Part shown: piece after piece, positions 28,305-37,343 of the stretch
Layout of the letters: each line of letters starts with the position of its first letter
How positions within the stretch are numbered: position 1 is the first letter of the stretch
Sequence record: OL615013
Strand: one strand, 5' to 3'
Length of the DNA: 64,000 bases
DNA from: Shigella phage ChubbyThor
Made by a program: the position numbers and the translations under genes
Notes under the pieces: generated by a model
What the model was told of the DNA's origin: nothing
Databases searched by the model: none
The model's input: the letters and a program-made list of their open reading frames with translations, nothing else

Positions 28305-28358
28305 GGTCTGTTCCTTCTGTAAGTTCCCATGTATTATATGGGTGAATCGTTTAATGAA

Positions 28359-28709
28359 TTATTTGTTATGAAATCCCAGAGCCTTGCGGACTTCTTCACG
28401 GTGTTTCTGCTCTTTCTGAGCCTCTGTGCGATTAATCCGGCGCTTGTGGTGTCGGACAAGGGCTCTGTGCACAGCCTTGGCTTCATGGTGAGGCAGGCAA
28501 TCTGTGTTATAACCAATATCGACCGTGTAGCCCGAACAGCTGTTGACCGTGTAAGCATACACTTTGACGCCGTTATAGATCACAGCATCGATCCCAACCA
28601 GTCGCTCTCCGTTCCATTCAACGTCATCGGCGTCAATGGCATCGATTAGACAACGGATTTCGGCGCTTAGTGGTGGTATACAGAACAACCAGTTGATAAA
28701 CTTGATCAT
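28359..28709 (-). CDS. Hypothetical protein
   Basis: ORF in tightly coupled minus-strand operon. Confidence 0.4.
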   Translation of the reverse strand: MIKFINWLFCIPPLSAEIRCLIDAIDADDVEWNGERLVGIDAVIYNGVKVYAYTVNSCSGYTVDIGYNTDCLPHHEAKAVHRALVRHHKRRINRTEAQKEQKHREEVRKALGFHNK

Positions 28710-28710
28710 G

Positions 28711-28923
28711 TCACTTCCTCATCAGTGAGAGCAGGTTGACCACAGCCGGACGCGCATCAGGGGCGTAGAAGACGTCCTGAGAGTGCCTCTTACAGCACGG
28801 GCAATCCTTCGTGGCGATTACACAGGGAGCCTTGTCCACGGCAAATCCGGCGGCTTCGGCTTCCTTCACGGTGGTGAATGGCAGGTAAGCACTTGTGCCC
28901 TGCCCTCCGCATGAACATTCCAT
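28711..28923 (-). CDS. Small Cys-rich protein (CSCGG...CxxxxxxCPCC)
   Basis: TGATG-coupled to the upstream micro-ORF; 7 Cys in 70 aa. Confidence 0.4.
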   Translation of the reverse strand: MECSCGGQGTSAYLPFTTVKEAEAAGFAVDKAPCVIATKDCPCCKRHSQDVFYAPDARPAVVNLLSLMRK

Positions 28924-29039
28924 CAACGTTTCCTCTTAAAGGGGATGATCAGAGCTATGATGACAAGCATAGCTGTAATCACCCCGCATGCTATCAGACC
29001 AAAGGCGAACGACTTCAGAACAAACTCAATCAAATTCAT
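28923..29039 (-). CDS. 38-aa single-pass membrane micro-protein (not in ORF track)
   Basis: Hand translation MNLIEFVLKSFAFGLIACGVITAMLVIIALIIPFKRKR; ATGA overlap with upstream 398-aa gene and TGATG overlap with downstream gene. Confidence 0.3.
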   Translation of the reverse strand: MNLIEFVLKSFAFGLIACGVITAMLVIIALIIPFKRKR

Positions 29040-30229
29040 AACTTCCTCAATTTGGCTCTGGTGACCTGAGTTTGTTTAACGCCATTATACTCGGTCAGTT
29101 CTTTGACACGACCGCGGATGATCATATCGCCCTGCAGGAACTCGGTATCCATGTACGAGGTCTTCCAGGTAATTGTATTACCTTCTGCTGTTTTGAAAGT
29201 GAACAGGTAGCTGTCGCCGTATTCATTAGAGAAGAGGAAGGTACGCTTGTCAAACGTGACGCGGACTTCCAGCATTTCACCGACTTCTGCTACCCACTTG
29301 TTCTCCGTCTTGCGGTCGGTGCGAGGACGATGGATGTAATCGTAATATTTCTTGGCACCCCAACGGACTGTGTTATTGTCCTTGATGAGGTGGTAGCCCG
29401 GTTCGCACATGCGTTTCAGACGAACGTTGAACTCGTTGGATTCAGACAGCGCGCTGATGAAGAGCATCATGTGGTACATTTCTGACTCGGCATCTTCGCG
29501 ATATTCACGAGCCTTAATCAGAAACATCTCGGCATCAGAACCCGCCTTTGGCTTCTGCCCAGCACGCAGGTAGCCCAGCACCTGGTCAAACAGTTCTGAT
29601 TTGATGTCCACTCCGGCCAGCAGCACCTGGAAGCATGCACGCAAATAACCGTGGGTGTCCACGAAGCGTTCATTCCGGACGCGATAGATCCCCTCTGGGT
29701 CGTCTTCATCCGGCATGAAGAATTCGGTGATACCCAGATAGTAGGACATAATCGCATCAAGCGATTTCTGATGCGGTACGTAGTGATGCATGCAGGTGCT
29801 ACCAATCAGCATCTGGGTGTGGGTCTGCTCATTCTCAATCACATATGTGTTCTTGCGATTGATGAGCAGATTGCAGTGCTGGCACCAAGAAACGTTCTCC
29901 CCCTCGAAGCGGCGGATGAAGTCGGCATTGATGTTGTCAGACAGTTTGTTCAGGATGACCTTTGGGTATTCGTGATTGAACTGACCGATAATCTTCCATC
30001 CGCCGTAAGAAACCGGGCGGTCAATGCCTTCTCCTTCGAGGGTGACGGGTTTCCACCAGTGAGTGAGAATCTCACCAGTGATGTCACGGGTGTGGGTCTT
30101 GAAGGGTTCACCATAAGTCACAGTCGGGAACGGGACACCCAGCCTTTCGGCAGTGCGCTCGAGCTTCTTCAGCCGCTCAACGACCAGTTCTTCATTGTCG
30201 ATCGGAATGTTGAATGTTTTGGCGTTCAT
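29036..30229 (-). CDS. Hypothetical protein (398 aa)
   Basis: Start set at second ATG (MNAKTFNI) with GAGG SD; no recognised motif. Confidence 0.5.
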   Translation of the reverse strand: MNAKTFNIPIDNEELVVERLKKLERTAERLGVPFPTVTYGEPFKTHTRDITGEILTHWWKPVTLEGEGIDRPVSYGGWKIIGQFNHEYPKVILNKLSDNINADFIRRFEGENVSWCQHCNLLINRKNTYVIENEQTHTQMLIGSTCMHHYVPHQKSLDAIMSYYLGITEFFMPDEDDPEGIYRVRNERFVDTHGYLRACFQVLLAGVDIKSELFDQVLGYLRAGQKPKAGSDAEMFLIKAREYREDAESEMYHMMLFISALSESNEFNVRLKRMCEPGYHLIKDNNTVRWGAKKYYDYIHRPRTDRKTENKWVAEVGEMLEVRVTFDKRTFLFSNEYGDSYLFTFKTAEGNTITWKTSYMDTEFLQGDMIIRGRVKELTEYNGVKQTQVTRAKLRKL

Positions 30230-30356
30230 TTCCAGCCTCATGATTTAGTAACAACTCTTCAATAGAGATTAAATATTAGGCGCTTTATTCTTGAAAGTAA
30301 AGTTATTGAAATTAAAAAGCCCAGTACTTGACTGGGCTTCTTGGTATTCGGTCCGT

Positions 30357-30677
30357 TTATTCTTCAGCAGAATCAACGTTCGGGTCGCGATCCGGTTTAG
30401 CGTTCGGGAACAAGGATTCATAAAGATCCTGATACTTCTCGCTCGTTTCGATCGTTTTCTGGTAGGTGCCGTTCGCGCGGTCAGACACAACCTTACGCAG
30501 GTCGCTGGCCTTAATGCCCGTGTCTTTCGCCAGCTCGGCCAGAGTCTCAGTAATGAAAGTCTGTTCCGATTTGATGCGGACCTGGGCGGCGCGGCAGTTT
30601 TCAATCGCGCCCATCAGCTTGCGGCGAGACTCAGGATCAGACGGTAGTGCATAAAAGCCGATTTGTTCTACAGACAT
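30357..30677 (-). CDS. Hypothetical protein
   Basis: AGGAA SD 6 nt upstream. Confidence 0.45.
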   Translation of the reverse strand: MSVEQIGFYALPSDPESRRKLMGAIENCRAAQVRIKSEQTFITETLAELAKDTGIKASDLRKVVSDRANGTYQKTIETSEKYQDLYESLFPNAKPDRDPNVDSAEE

Positions 30678-30692
30678 TTGTTGTTCCTCTTG

Positions 30693-31028
30693 TTAAGATC
30701 TCATGCCTTGTGGGATCAGATTAGCCCCACGGCGGCGTAAAAAGAAGTTTACGATGGAGTGATATTGGAACTTCGGGATGATCTCTACACCGTCTTCCGT
30801 CGTATACCATTCCACTGTGTTGGTGCGCACTGGAAGGGGGAATGACGGCAGATCCAGCTGTACGAGTTCACCCTCTTGGCAGATCATGCCGATGCCATAT
30901 TCCTCCCAGATTTTACGATTGTCAAAGAACTCCAGAGTCTGCTCCGGACTCAGTTCAATCGCTTGTTTGGTGTGGCACACCTGTTTGGCGGCCTGCACCA
31001 GGCCAGCCATAAAATCATTGTGTAACAT
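30693..31028 (-). CDS. Hypothetical protein
   Basis: Start moved to ATG 31028 with AGGAG SD; perfect TATAAT hexamer about 35 nt upstream. Confidence 0.4.
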   Translation of the reverse strand: MLHNDFMAGLVQAAKQVCHTKQAIELSPEQTLEFFDNRKIWEEYGIGMICQEGELVQLDLPSFPLPVRTNTVEWYTTEDGVEIIPKFQYHSIVNFFLRRRGANLIPQGMRS

Positions 31029-31090
31029 GATGTGCTCCTGGTTTAACATTCAGATCATAGAATTATACCCTATGACCCACGGTATTGAAT

Positions 31091-32518
31091 TTAGCCGAAA
31101 TTCCAATTATTGACTGTTTGGGCTTTCTGCTCATCGCTCGCCGCCGAACCTGACTTGTTGAGGTCATGTTTGATGTGTACATTCTCAACATATTTGGCCT
31201 CAGCCTCAGTCAGGTCCTTCTTAACTTCATTCCAGTCCAGGTCAAACAGGATCTGTTTGTCTTGGTCCATACCAAACAGGAATGACTTGAGCTTCTGCTT
31301 GTTGGCATAACGGTTCTTGAGTATTGAGGCTCGGGCTTTCTTGACCGCCGCCAGTTCGTCAGGAGCATAGAATGCCATGATGAAGTCGGCCACCTTCGGG
31401 ATACCGATAGCATCTGCCAGATCACTGATTCCACCATCCGTGCTATTCTGATTCTCACGGTTGAACTGCATACCAGTCCATACAGGGACATCAAACTCAA
31501 ATCCCAGCGCACGAAACTCACGAGCCACAGACGTGTAATAGACGTTCGTGTTCTGCATCAGGTGGGCGGGCAGGCGCGAGGAAGCGGCTTCACCAAGATA
31601 GTCAATAACGATAACATCAGGAGCGCGACCTGTCGCCTGGATATACTCAAGGATGTCGCGGCGGAATAAACCTGTGTGTCCAGCGCCGGACGGATATTCC
31701 TTGATGACGATATCACCCTTGGGCGCACCATCTTGGCGACTGCGGAGCTTCTCTATCGTGGCGATGTACTCGTGCCTTGTGAGTTTCTCTAAAGACTCAA
31801 AGTCGCGACGCATGATACGGGCATCAAGACGGTGTCGCCAGACGTTCTCGGCCACTTCGAGGGTGAAGACAAAGACGTTCAGCCCCTGCTCCGAGTACCC
31901 TGCGGTCAGGTCAATCAGCGTTGTGGTCTTACCTGCGTTGATCGCGCCTGTTACGATGTTCAGTGTCTTCTTACCAACGCCGCCGCGCGTCGCCTTGTTG
32001 AAGATCTCAACCGCGAACGGGATCTTGGCCTCGTTGGAGTTCATATGGTCATACTGCTCTGCCGCCATCTCCCAATAGATGTGGCCGAGGTATGAATCAA
32101 ACCGGATCGCCAGGGCTTCCTGCAACAGGGTCGGGATGTTGTTCATCTCGTCCTTGCGCTTCTCATCCCCATAGATGTTGACGGCGGTCTTGATTGCGTT
32201 ATGTACAGCCTTTTGCCGCGCCCAGGTCTCTGTTTCCTTCGCCAGCCACTCTTCATTGAAGGTGTTGTCGTTGATGTTCTCCAGGGCAGATACTGCCTGG
32301 TCAAACACATATTCGTTCAGCTTTGTCCGTTCAAGAATGATAGACAGTGCTTCGATGGACGGGCGGGCATTGTACTCTGCGGCATAACTGTCAATCAGGC
32401 CAAAGATAACCTTTTCGCCTTCGTTGTCAAAATAATCGGCTTTCAGGTACGGCAGGATCTTTCTTTGATAATCTTCATTGTAAATCAACTGTGAAAGCAC
32501 GACAGATTCGAGTAACAT
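31091..32518 (-). CDS. Replicative DNA helicase (T4 gp41-like, DnaB family)
   Basis: N-terminus MLLESVVLSQLIYNEDYQRKILPYLKADYFDN parallels T4 gp41 MVEIILSHLIFDQAYFSKVWPYMDSEYFE; Walker A GAINAGKTT; ORF-track TTG start replaced by ATG 32518. Confidence 0.9.
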   Translation of the reverse strand: MLLESVVLSQLIYNEDYQRKILPYLKADYFDNEGEKVIFGLIDSYAAEYNARPSIEALSIILERTKLNEYVFDQAVSALENINDNTFNEEWLAKETETWARQKAVHNAIKTAVNIYGDEKRKDEMNNIPTLLQEALAIRFDSYLGHIYWEMAAEQYDHMNSNEAKIPFAVEIFNKATRGGVGKKTLNIVTGAINAGKTTTLIDLTAGYSEQGLNVFVFTLEVAENVWRHRLDARIMRRDFESLEKLTRHEYIATIEKLRSRQDGAPKGDIVIKEYPSGAGHTGLFRRDILEYIQATGRAPDVIVIDYLGEAASSRLPAHLMQNTNVYYTSVAREFRALGFEFDVPVWTGMQFNRENQNSTDGGISDLADAIGIPKVADFIMAFYAPDELAAVKKARASILKNRYANKQKLKSFLFGMDQDKQILFDLDWNEVKKDLTEAEAKYVENVHIKHDLNKSGSAASDEQKAQTVNNWNFG

Positions 32519-32524
32519 TGGCAA

Positions 32525-32854
32525 CTACCCCACCAAAAATTTATTGTATTCCTGAGCATTACGCTGCATGAGGGTTACAAGGATATCCCCTGTCACCTCA
32601 GTGAACAAGTCATTTTCTTTCAAATTCACAAACATCAGACGTAATGGTTTCTTCAATATATCGGTCACGAAAGACAGGCGGGGTTCGCCGTCCACTTCGT
32701 TGATGGCAACCTTGCCGAACCGGAATTGAACGCCACGGAATTTGCCAGAAGTGATCTTGATGATCGCCAGCTGATCAGCACCAGGGTCGATGATTGTGTA
32801 GTTATTGGGGGAGTTGCCTCCCCCTCCGTTGTCACTCGGATGTGTTGATAACAT
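32525..32854 (-). CDS. Hypothetical protein (occupies the T4 gene 40 position between uvsX and helicase)
   Basis: Positional only; start uncertain. Confidence 0.3.
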   Translation of the reverse strand: MLSTHPSDNGGGGNSPNNYTIIDPGADQLAIIKITSGKFRGVQFRFGKVAINEVDGEPRLSFVTDILKKPLRLMFVNLKENDLFTEVTGDILVTLMQRNAQEYNKFLVG

Positions 32855-33917
32855 GGTCCATTTGCTCCAGCATGTTCGCAGGCATAACAGTACCGTTAGA
32901 AACACCGAACATCTTCTTCACGTCATCGGCGAAGTCGACATTCTCCAGCAGCGGATACCAGAAATCATCATCCATCTGACGCTTCTGATATTTCTTTTCC
33001 TTCTCAGGATCGAAGCCGCCCTTGGCTGTACGCACATACCAGCCGGAAGACGGCATATCAACGTAACCCAGAGCACGAGCGATCTCAAGCAGGCCGCTCC
33101 AGCGGTCAATACCACCGTCGTACAGCACCGTCACAGGGAGCTTGGCTTTCTCTTTGACATGGCGACCTTTCATGATGCCGATGTTGAAGTTCCAGCCCAG
33201 CAGATCTTTGTCTTCCTTCACCTGAGAACGGGTGATGAACCAGATCAGGTTAGACGACAGGAAGCCCTGCTTGCCGCCTTTGATGTTAGGCTCGGCATAG
33301 ACGTTGCCGATCTCGTCATAGTAGGAGTTGATCCACACCAGAACGAGTTCTTTGCTGTTGATTTCGGGAGTAATGACACGCCAGAAGCTGTTGAGGGCAC
33401 GGGCACGGGTCATATCCTGTGTATCTTTACCAGCGATAGCGTCTTCAACTTCTTTGGTAGACGGCAACTGGCTGATTGAGTCGATGAACACGATGACCTT
33501 GTCACCCTTCTTGACTTCCTGAAGGATTTGCAACAGGCGGATCTTGGTCTGCTCAACGTTGTCAATCGGCACGTACAGGACGCGATCCATGTCAATACCC
33601 ATAGACGTCCAGTAATCGGCGTTGGCACCTTTCTCAGAGTCCGCGAAGATACACAGGGCATCAGGGAACTTGTCCATATACGCCTTGACATCTACCAGAC
33701 CGAACATCGTTTTGAAGGTACGGGAATCACCCACCATCATCTTGATACCGGAGATCAGGCCGCCGTCAATACGCCCGGACCAGGCGATGTCGATCAGGGG
33801 AATACCAGTAGAACAGATGATAGACGGTTCCAGAGCGTCTGATTGGGACAGCACTGAAGCCTGGTCGTCATGTTTCTTGGCAACCTTCAGCATGCGGTCC
33901 ATTAATGAACTGGCCAT
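32832..33917 (-). CDS. uvsX: Recombinase UvsX (RecA-like)
   Basis: Multiple blocks match recalled T4 UvsX: IPLIDIAWSG / IPMMNIALSG, KVIVFIDSISQL / KVVVFIDSLGNL, DMTRARALNSFWRVITP / DMTRAKTMKSLFRIVTP. Confidence 0.9.
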   Translation of the reverse strand: MASSLMDRMLKVAKKHDDQASVLSQSDALEPSIICSTGIPLIDIAWSGRIDGGLISGIKMMVGDSRTFKTMFGLVDVKAYMDKFPDALCIFADSEKGANADYWTSMGIDMDRVLYVPIDNVEQTKIRLLQILQEVKKGDKVIVFIDSISQLPSTKEVEDAIAGKDTQDMTRARALNSFWRVITPEINSKELVLVWINSYYDEIGNVYAEPNIKGGKQGFLSSNLIWFITRSQVKEDKDLLGWNFNIGIMKGRHVKEKAKLPVTVLYDGGIDRWSGLLEIARALGYVDMPSSGWYVRTAKGGFDPEKEKKYQKRQMDDDFWYPLLENVDFADDVKKMFGVSNGTVMPANMLEQMDHVINTSE

Positions 33918-34444
33918 TTCACTTCCTCTTTATTGTTGATCGTCGTTAATAATTCTACACCCATAACCTTCTGGGACAAAATGTTAATCGCCTCTTGGAT
34001 GCTCTTCAGAGACATCATCTCAACAGGCGACGGTGCATCATTATGTCGGTCGGTTAGGTACATATTGCGCAGATTGTTGTAGTTCGTGCGGTTGATGCAC
34101 GCAGCGTTCAGCGCAATATTCAGGATATACATCATCTGTTCAATGGTTACATCCTTCGGCATGGCGTGGATGTAATAGATCGAGCCTTCGAAGTAGACGT
34201 CCAGCAGTTCATCTGGTATCTCGACGCCACCACTGGCATACTCTTCGATCATCCTGAACAGAGACTCTGGTTGCTCGCTGGCGATCTTATGCGTGACAGT
34301 CGCCGAAAGACCATCACCCAGTTTAACAGGCCTGGTGTATTCAGTGATGAATACATTATGACCGCCGCCGATGATGTGCTCGGCGAAATTAGCGGATGCG
34401 TTCGCCGCGTTGTCTGCATGATATGAAACGACGACTGTAAACAT
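33902..34444 (-). CDS. Hypothetical protein
   Basis: ORF coupled to gp56-like gene; no recognised motif. Confidence 0.4.
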   Translation of the reverse strand: MFTVVVSYHADNAANASANFAEHIIGGGHNVFITEYTRPVKLGDGLSATVTHKIASEQPESLFRMIEEYASGGVEIPDELLDVYFEGSIYYIHAMPKDVTIEQMMYILNIALNAACINRTNYNNLRNMYLTDRHNDAPSPVEMMSLKSIQEAINILSQKVMGVELLTTINNKEEVKWPVH

Positions 34445-34998
34445 TAGAACTCCAGGGTCAGAGGGGTTTCTGCGGACTTGTCGTAATCCGCGCCGCCAGC
34501 AGCACGCAGACGATTGCGATCGTTCTTGCGCTTGTGTGCCAGCATGTAAGTCTCAATATCGATCTCCATGTAAGAACACGCAGCCGACAGGAAGAACATG
34601 AGGGTCTCGACACAAGGTTCGTTCATGAACTGCCCAAGGCGATACGTCACACCGCGATGCCCAACAGCACCCAAAGCAGATGGGGTGAATTCGCGACCAC
34701 CGAGGATTTCGAATTCTTCTTCGATCTCGCCTTTGGTGCGGTCCATAAGGATGAAGCACAGCATGAAGTGTACCACGTCCACCAGTTCATAGACTGCGTT
34801 CGCATGGTCAAACCCGATGTCGTTGCCATAGACCTTCCAGTCGCGGCTGGTTTCGTCAAGGAACTCTGCCCATTCACGATAGATGGAGTTGATGACTGCG
34901 TTCTGACTCCATACATTCTTCCACTCTTCCCCAAAGTAGGCCACGTTGGTGGCCTTTTGGAGTTCGAGCAGGCTTTTGATATGCCCTGCTGTGATCAT
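34444..34998 (-). CDS. dNTP pyrophosphatase (T4 gp56 dCTPase-like, all-alpha MazG/dUTPase_2 family)
   Basis: ELVDVVHFMLCFILM matches T4 gp56 ELVDIFHFVLNMFVG; size 184 aa. Confidence 0.55.
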   Translation of the reverse strand: MITAGHIKSLLELQKATNVAYFGEEWKNVWSQNAVINSIYREWAEFLDETSRDWKVYGNDIGFDHANAVYELVDVVHFMLCFILMDRTKGEIEEEFEILGGREFTPSALGAVGHRGVTYRLGQFMNEPCVETLMFFLSAACSYMEIDIETYMLAHKRKNDRNRLRAAGGADYDKSAETPLTLEF

Positions 34999-35564
34999 TT
35001 ACGTTCTCCGTAGAATTTAACGAACGGTGCCCAACCATCAAATGGATTGAGGAATTCGTAGTCCACTTTCATCTCGTCAATGAAAGCCTCTATATCGTCC
35101 TCTATGATACCAGCGCGGTCGGCCTTTGAAATGCGGGTGATAGGACATTTCGTACTCAGCGCCCATTCATATTCCTGAGGGGTGCGCAGATCGCTCACGA
35201 TATAATGTACATGAGGGTTCTGCTCCACCAAAGGAAGCTGGAAGCGCTTGAAGAATGCCAGGAACAGATCGGGCTGCACGTAACGCAAGCCCGTATCGCT
35301 GCCGAGATGGAGCCAGATCTGCCTTGGGGTTAAGCCCTTGGGGTTATCAGGGTGGACGTAAGGAACGTCCTTCACGGCATCCTCTACCTCCGCTGGCAGC
35401 CACGGGTAGATGTAATTGGCAACCCGGCGCAGTTCGTCTGAGAACGAAAGGCGCTGGATATCCATATCACCCTGTAGATGGTGATAGCTGATGAGGGACT
35501 CCAAACAGAAGTCCTTACCGGAGCGCTTGCGCCCCGTAAAGAATTCAAGGTTCGGGTACATCAT
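34995..35564 (-). CDS. Deoxynucleoside monophosphate kinase (T4 gp1-like)
   Basis: FFTGRKRSGKDF matches T4 gp1 FLSGVKRSGKDT P-loop. Confidence 0.75.
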   Translation of the reverse strand: MMYPNLEFFTGRKRSGKDFCLESLISYHHLQGDMDIQRLSFSDELRRVANYIYPWLPAEVEDAVKDVPYVHPDNPKGLTPRQIWLHLGSDTGLRYVQPDLFLAFFKRFQLPLVEQNPHVHYIVSDLRTPQEYEWALSTKCPITRISKADRAGIIEDDIEAFIDEMKVDYEFLNPFDGWAPFVKFYGERK

Positions 35565-36610
35565 ACCACACCTTCCAGGAACTTAGGATCAACGATCTTG
35601 CGGTCAACTGGAGAATGGGTGAGCGCAATGTTCAAACCATGATCCTGAATCCGGTTCATGTTGATGAGCTTATCGTTCAGTTTGCAGTACAGGCAGTATG
35701 CCATTTGCATGATCAAGCCACGATCAGCATCATATTCCTTCAGGTGGGCGACCACAGTTTCCCACGGGCTACCGATATCACAGTGATGAAGCACACCAGT
35801 GAACAGATTGCGGATATGGTTCTGGTTGGTCACGTTCTTGAAGTGAATCATGGAGTTGATGAACCCAGCTTCTACTTTGGTGTCCTTCGTGATCTTGCCC
35901 AGCTGCTTCTGGCTGACTTCATTGTTATAGTAATGAAGATTGTTAGAGAAGAGCTTGTACTGGCCGACATCAACATCCAGCACCTGAGCAATCACTTCCT
36001 GAAGAATAGAGAACTCAATGAAGTTGATTGAACTCATACCCCACAGAACATCCTGTGAGCGGTTGATGACCGTCAGGTTCAGACGACCTTCAACGATGGC
36101 GAACAACAGAGCCAGGTTACACACCATGTCTTTAGTCTTCGCTTCGCCGCTCTCGCTGAACTTCGCCAGACCAGCATCTGAATCTAGAGCCGGATCATAG
36201 ATGGTGAGGTACGCCTGACGGGTGTTTGGGTTCTTGCGCAGACGGTTGATGACGCTATCCAGCTGGCCATGGGCGTACAGACGCGGACCATAAGCGGCTC
36301 GCCATGTGTGGCCGTTGTCGGAAAAGTTGGCGGCGCGGGGCAACACGCGGGACAGGAAGCGAACGTCATCGCGCCCGGACAGAACCCAGAAGGTCTCGCC
36401 GATGGCAGCGATAGCCGATGAGTTACGGCCTTCAACGGAAAGCCAGCGGTCACGGATGTCACTGACGGTGATAGTCACACCATCAAGGAATCGGGTGCCG
36501 TCCGTGTTGATCTCCGCATTACCAGGATCAGATTCAATTCCGTATTCGCGGATAGCCAAGACAGCCTGCTTCAGCATGTCATTGTTGTTAATTGCTTTGA
36601 TTTCCATCAA
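35561..36610 (-). CDS. Thymidylate-synthase-family enzyme, probable pyrimidine hydroxymethylase (T4 gp42-like)
   Basis: VCNLALLFAIVEGRLNLTVINRSQDVLWGMSSINFIEFSILQEVIA aligns to E. coli ThyA [42 protein letters not shown], but PCH is VCN; sits in the T4 gene 42 position. Confidence 0.6.
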   Translation of the reverse strand: MMEIKAINNNDMLKQAVLAIREYGIESDPGNAEINTDGTRFLDGVTITVSDIRDRWLSVEGRNSSAIAAIGETFWVLSGRDDVRFLSRVLPRAANFSDNGHTWRAAYGPRLYAHGQLDSVINRLRKNPNTRQAYLTIYDPALDSDAGLAKFSESGEAKTKDMVCNLALLFAIVEGRLNLTVINRSQDVLWGMSSINFIEFSILQEVIAQVLDVDVGQYKLFSNNLHYYNNEVSQKQLGKITKDTKVEAGFINSMIHFKNVTNQNHIRNLFTGVLHHCDIGSPWETVVAHLKEYDADRGLIMQMAYCLYCKLNDKLINMNRIQDHGLNIALTHSPVDRKIVDPKFLEGVV

Positions 36611-37269
36611 TCAATACTCCCAAAATCACGACAGAGGAATGCCATTACAGCCTGGTCTACTGTTAGACCGTGAGACTTCATCATACCTGCGGCCACCGTA
36701 GGGAACAAGCCTTTATGGCGCTGGCGATGGTCTTGAACACGCTCCCACTTCTCTACCACGAGGCTCTCATTGAAGTCCGCACCGCCGTTACGTGATTTAA
36801 CACGGGCTATGCAGGTTTCAAGAGGGGTGTCCATGAAGAGAACAACCAGTTCGCGCGGTGGGCGCGTCAGGCGGGGGATCCAGGAACTCAGTAGAGTTGA
36901 AGGGATGATGCCTTCGAAGATCACATCGTATACCTGATATTCAGGTAGATCAGCGATGCTCAGGGCGAATAGCATTTGTTCGGTATCCTTCAGGGAATCA
37001 ACCCCCTTGGACTTTGACTTGTCATATTTGCCGATACACACCACGTTGAATGACGGGCAGACCGTCAACATAATCTTGCCATCATGCGTCACAACATACG
37101 CCTGAGGATCCCTCTCCGCCAGCTGAGACGGTACGGTGGATTTGCCGCTACCATTGGATCCTTTGACGTAATAGAGTTGCCCTCGTGCTGGGTAGATCCC
37201 CTTTACGACAGGCGGTTTAATGAATGTGTGGACGGGGCGCTTGAGCAACCCCTTGAGGGAGTAGGACAT
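36607..37269 (-). CDS. P-loop kinase of unknown substrate
   Basis: Walker A GSNGSGKST and Walker B-like YDVIFEG; start set at ATG 37269 with GGAG SD. Confidence 0.5.
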   Translation of the reverse strand: MSYSLKGLLKRPVHTFIKPPVVKGIYPARGQLYYVKGSNGSGKSTVPSQLAERDPQAYVVTHDGKIMLTVCPSFNVVCIGKYDKSKSKGVDSLKDTEQMLFALSIADLPEYQVYDVIFEGIIPSTLLSSWIPRLTRPPRELVVLFMDTPLETCIARVKSRNGGADFNESLVVEKWERVQDHRQRHKGLFPTVAAGMMKSHGLTVDQAVMAFLCRDFGSID

Positions 37270-37278
37270 AGACTGCTC

Positions 37279-37313
37279 CAATAAACAAAAGGAGCTGCTA
37301 TTATAGCAGCCCC
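37279..37313 (-). terminator. Rho-independent terminator (minus strand)
   Basis: Minus-strand GGGGCTGCTAT-AATAGCAGCTCC hairpin followed by TTTTGTTTATT, 30 nt after the stop at 37344. Confidence 0.6.
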
Positions 37314-37343
37314 TTCATCTATTGAACAGCTTCTGAACTTAAA

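Noticed and set aside
28329-28649. 106-aa plus-strand ORF
   Set aside because: Antisense to the coupled minus-strand operon 28359-29039.
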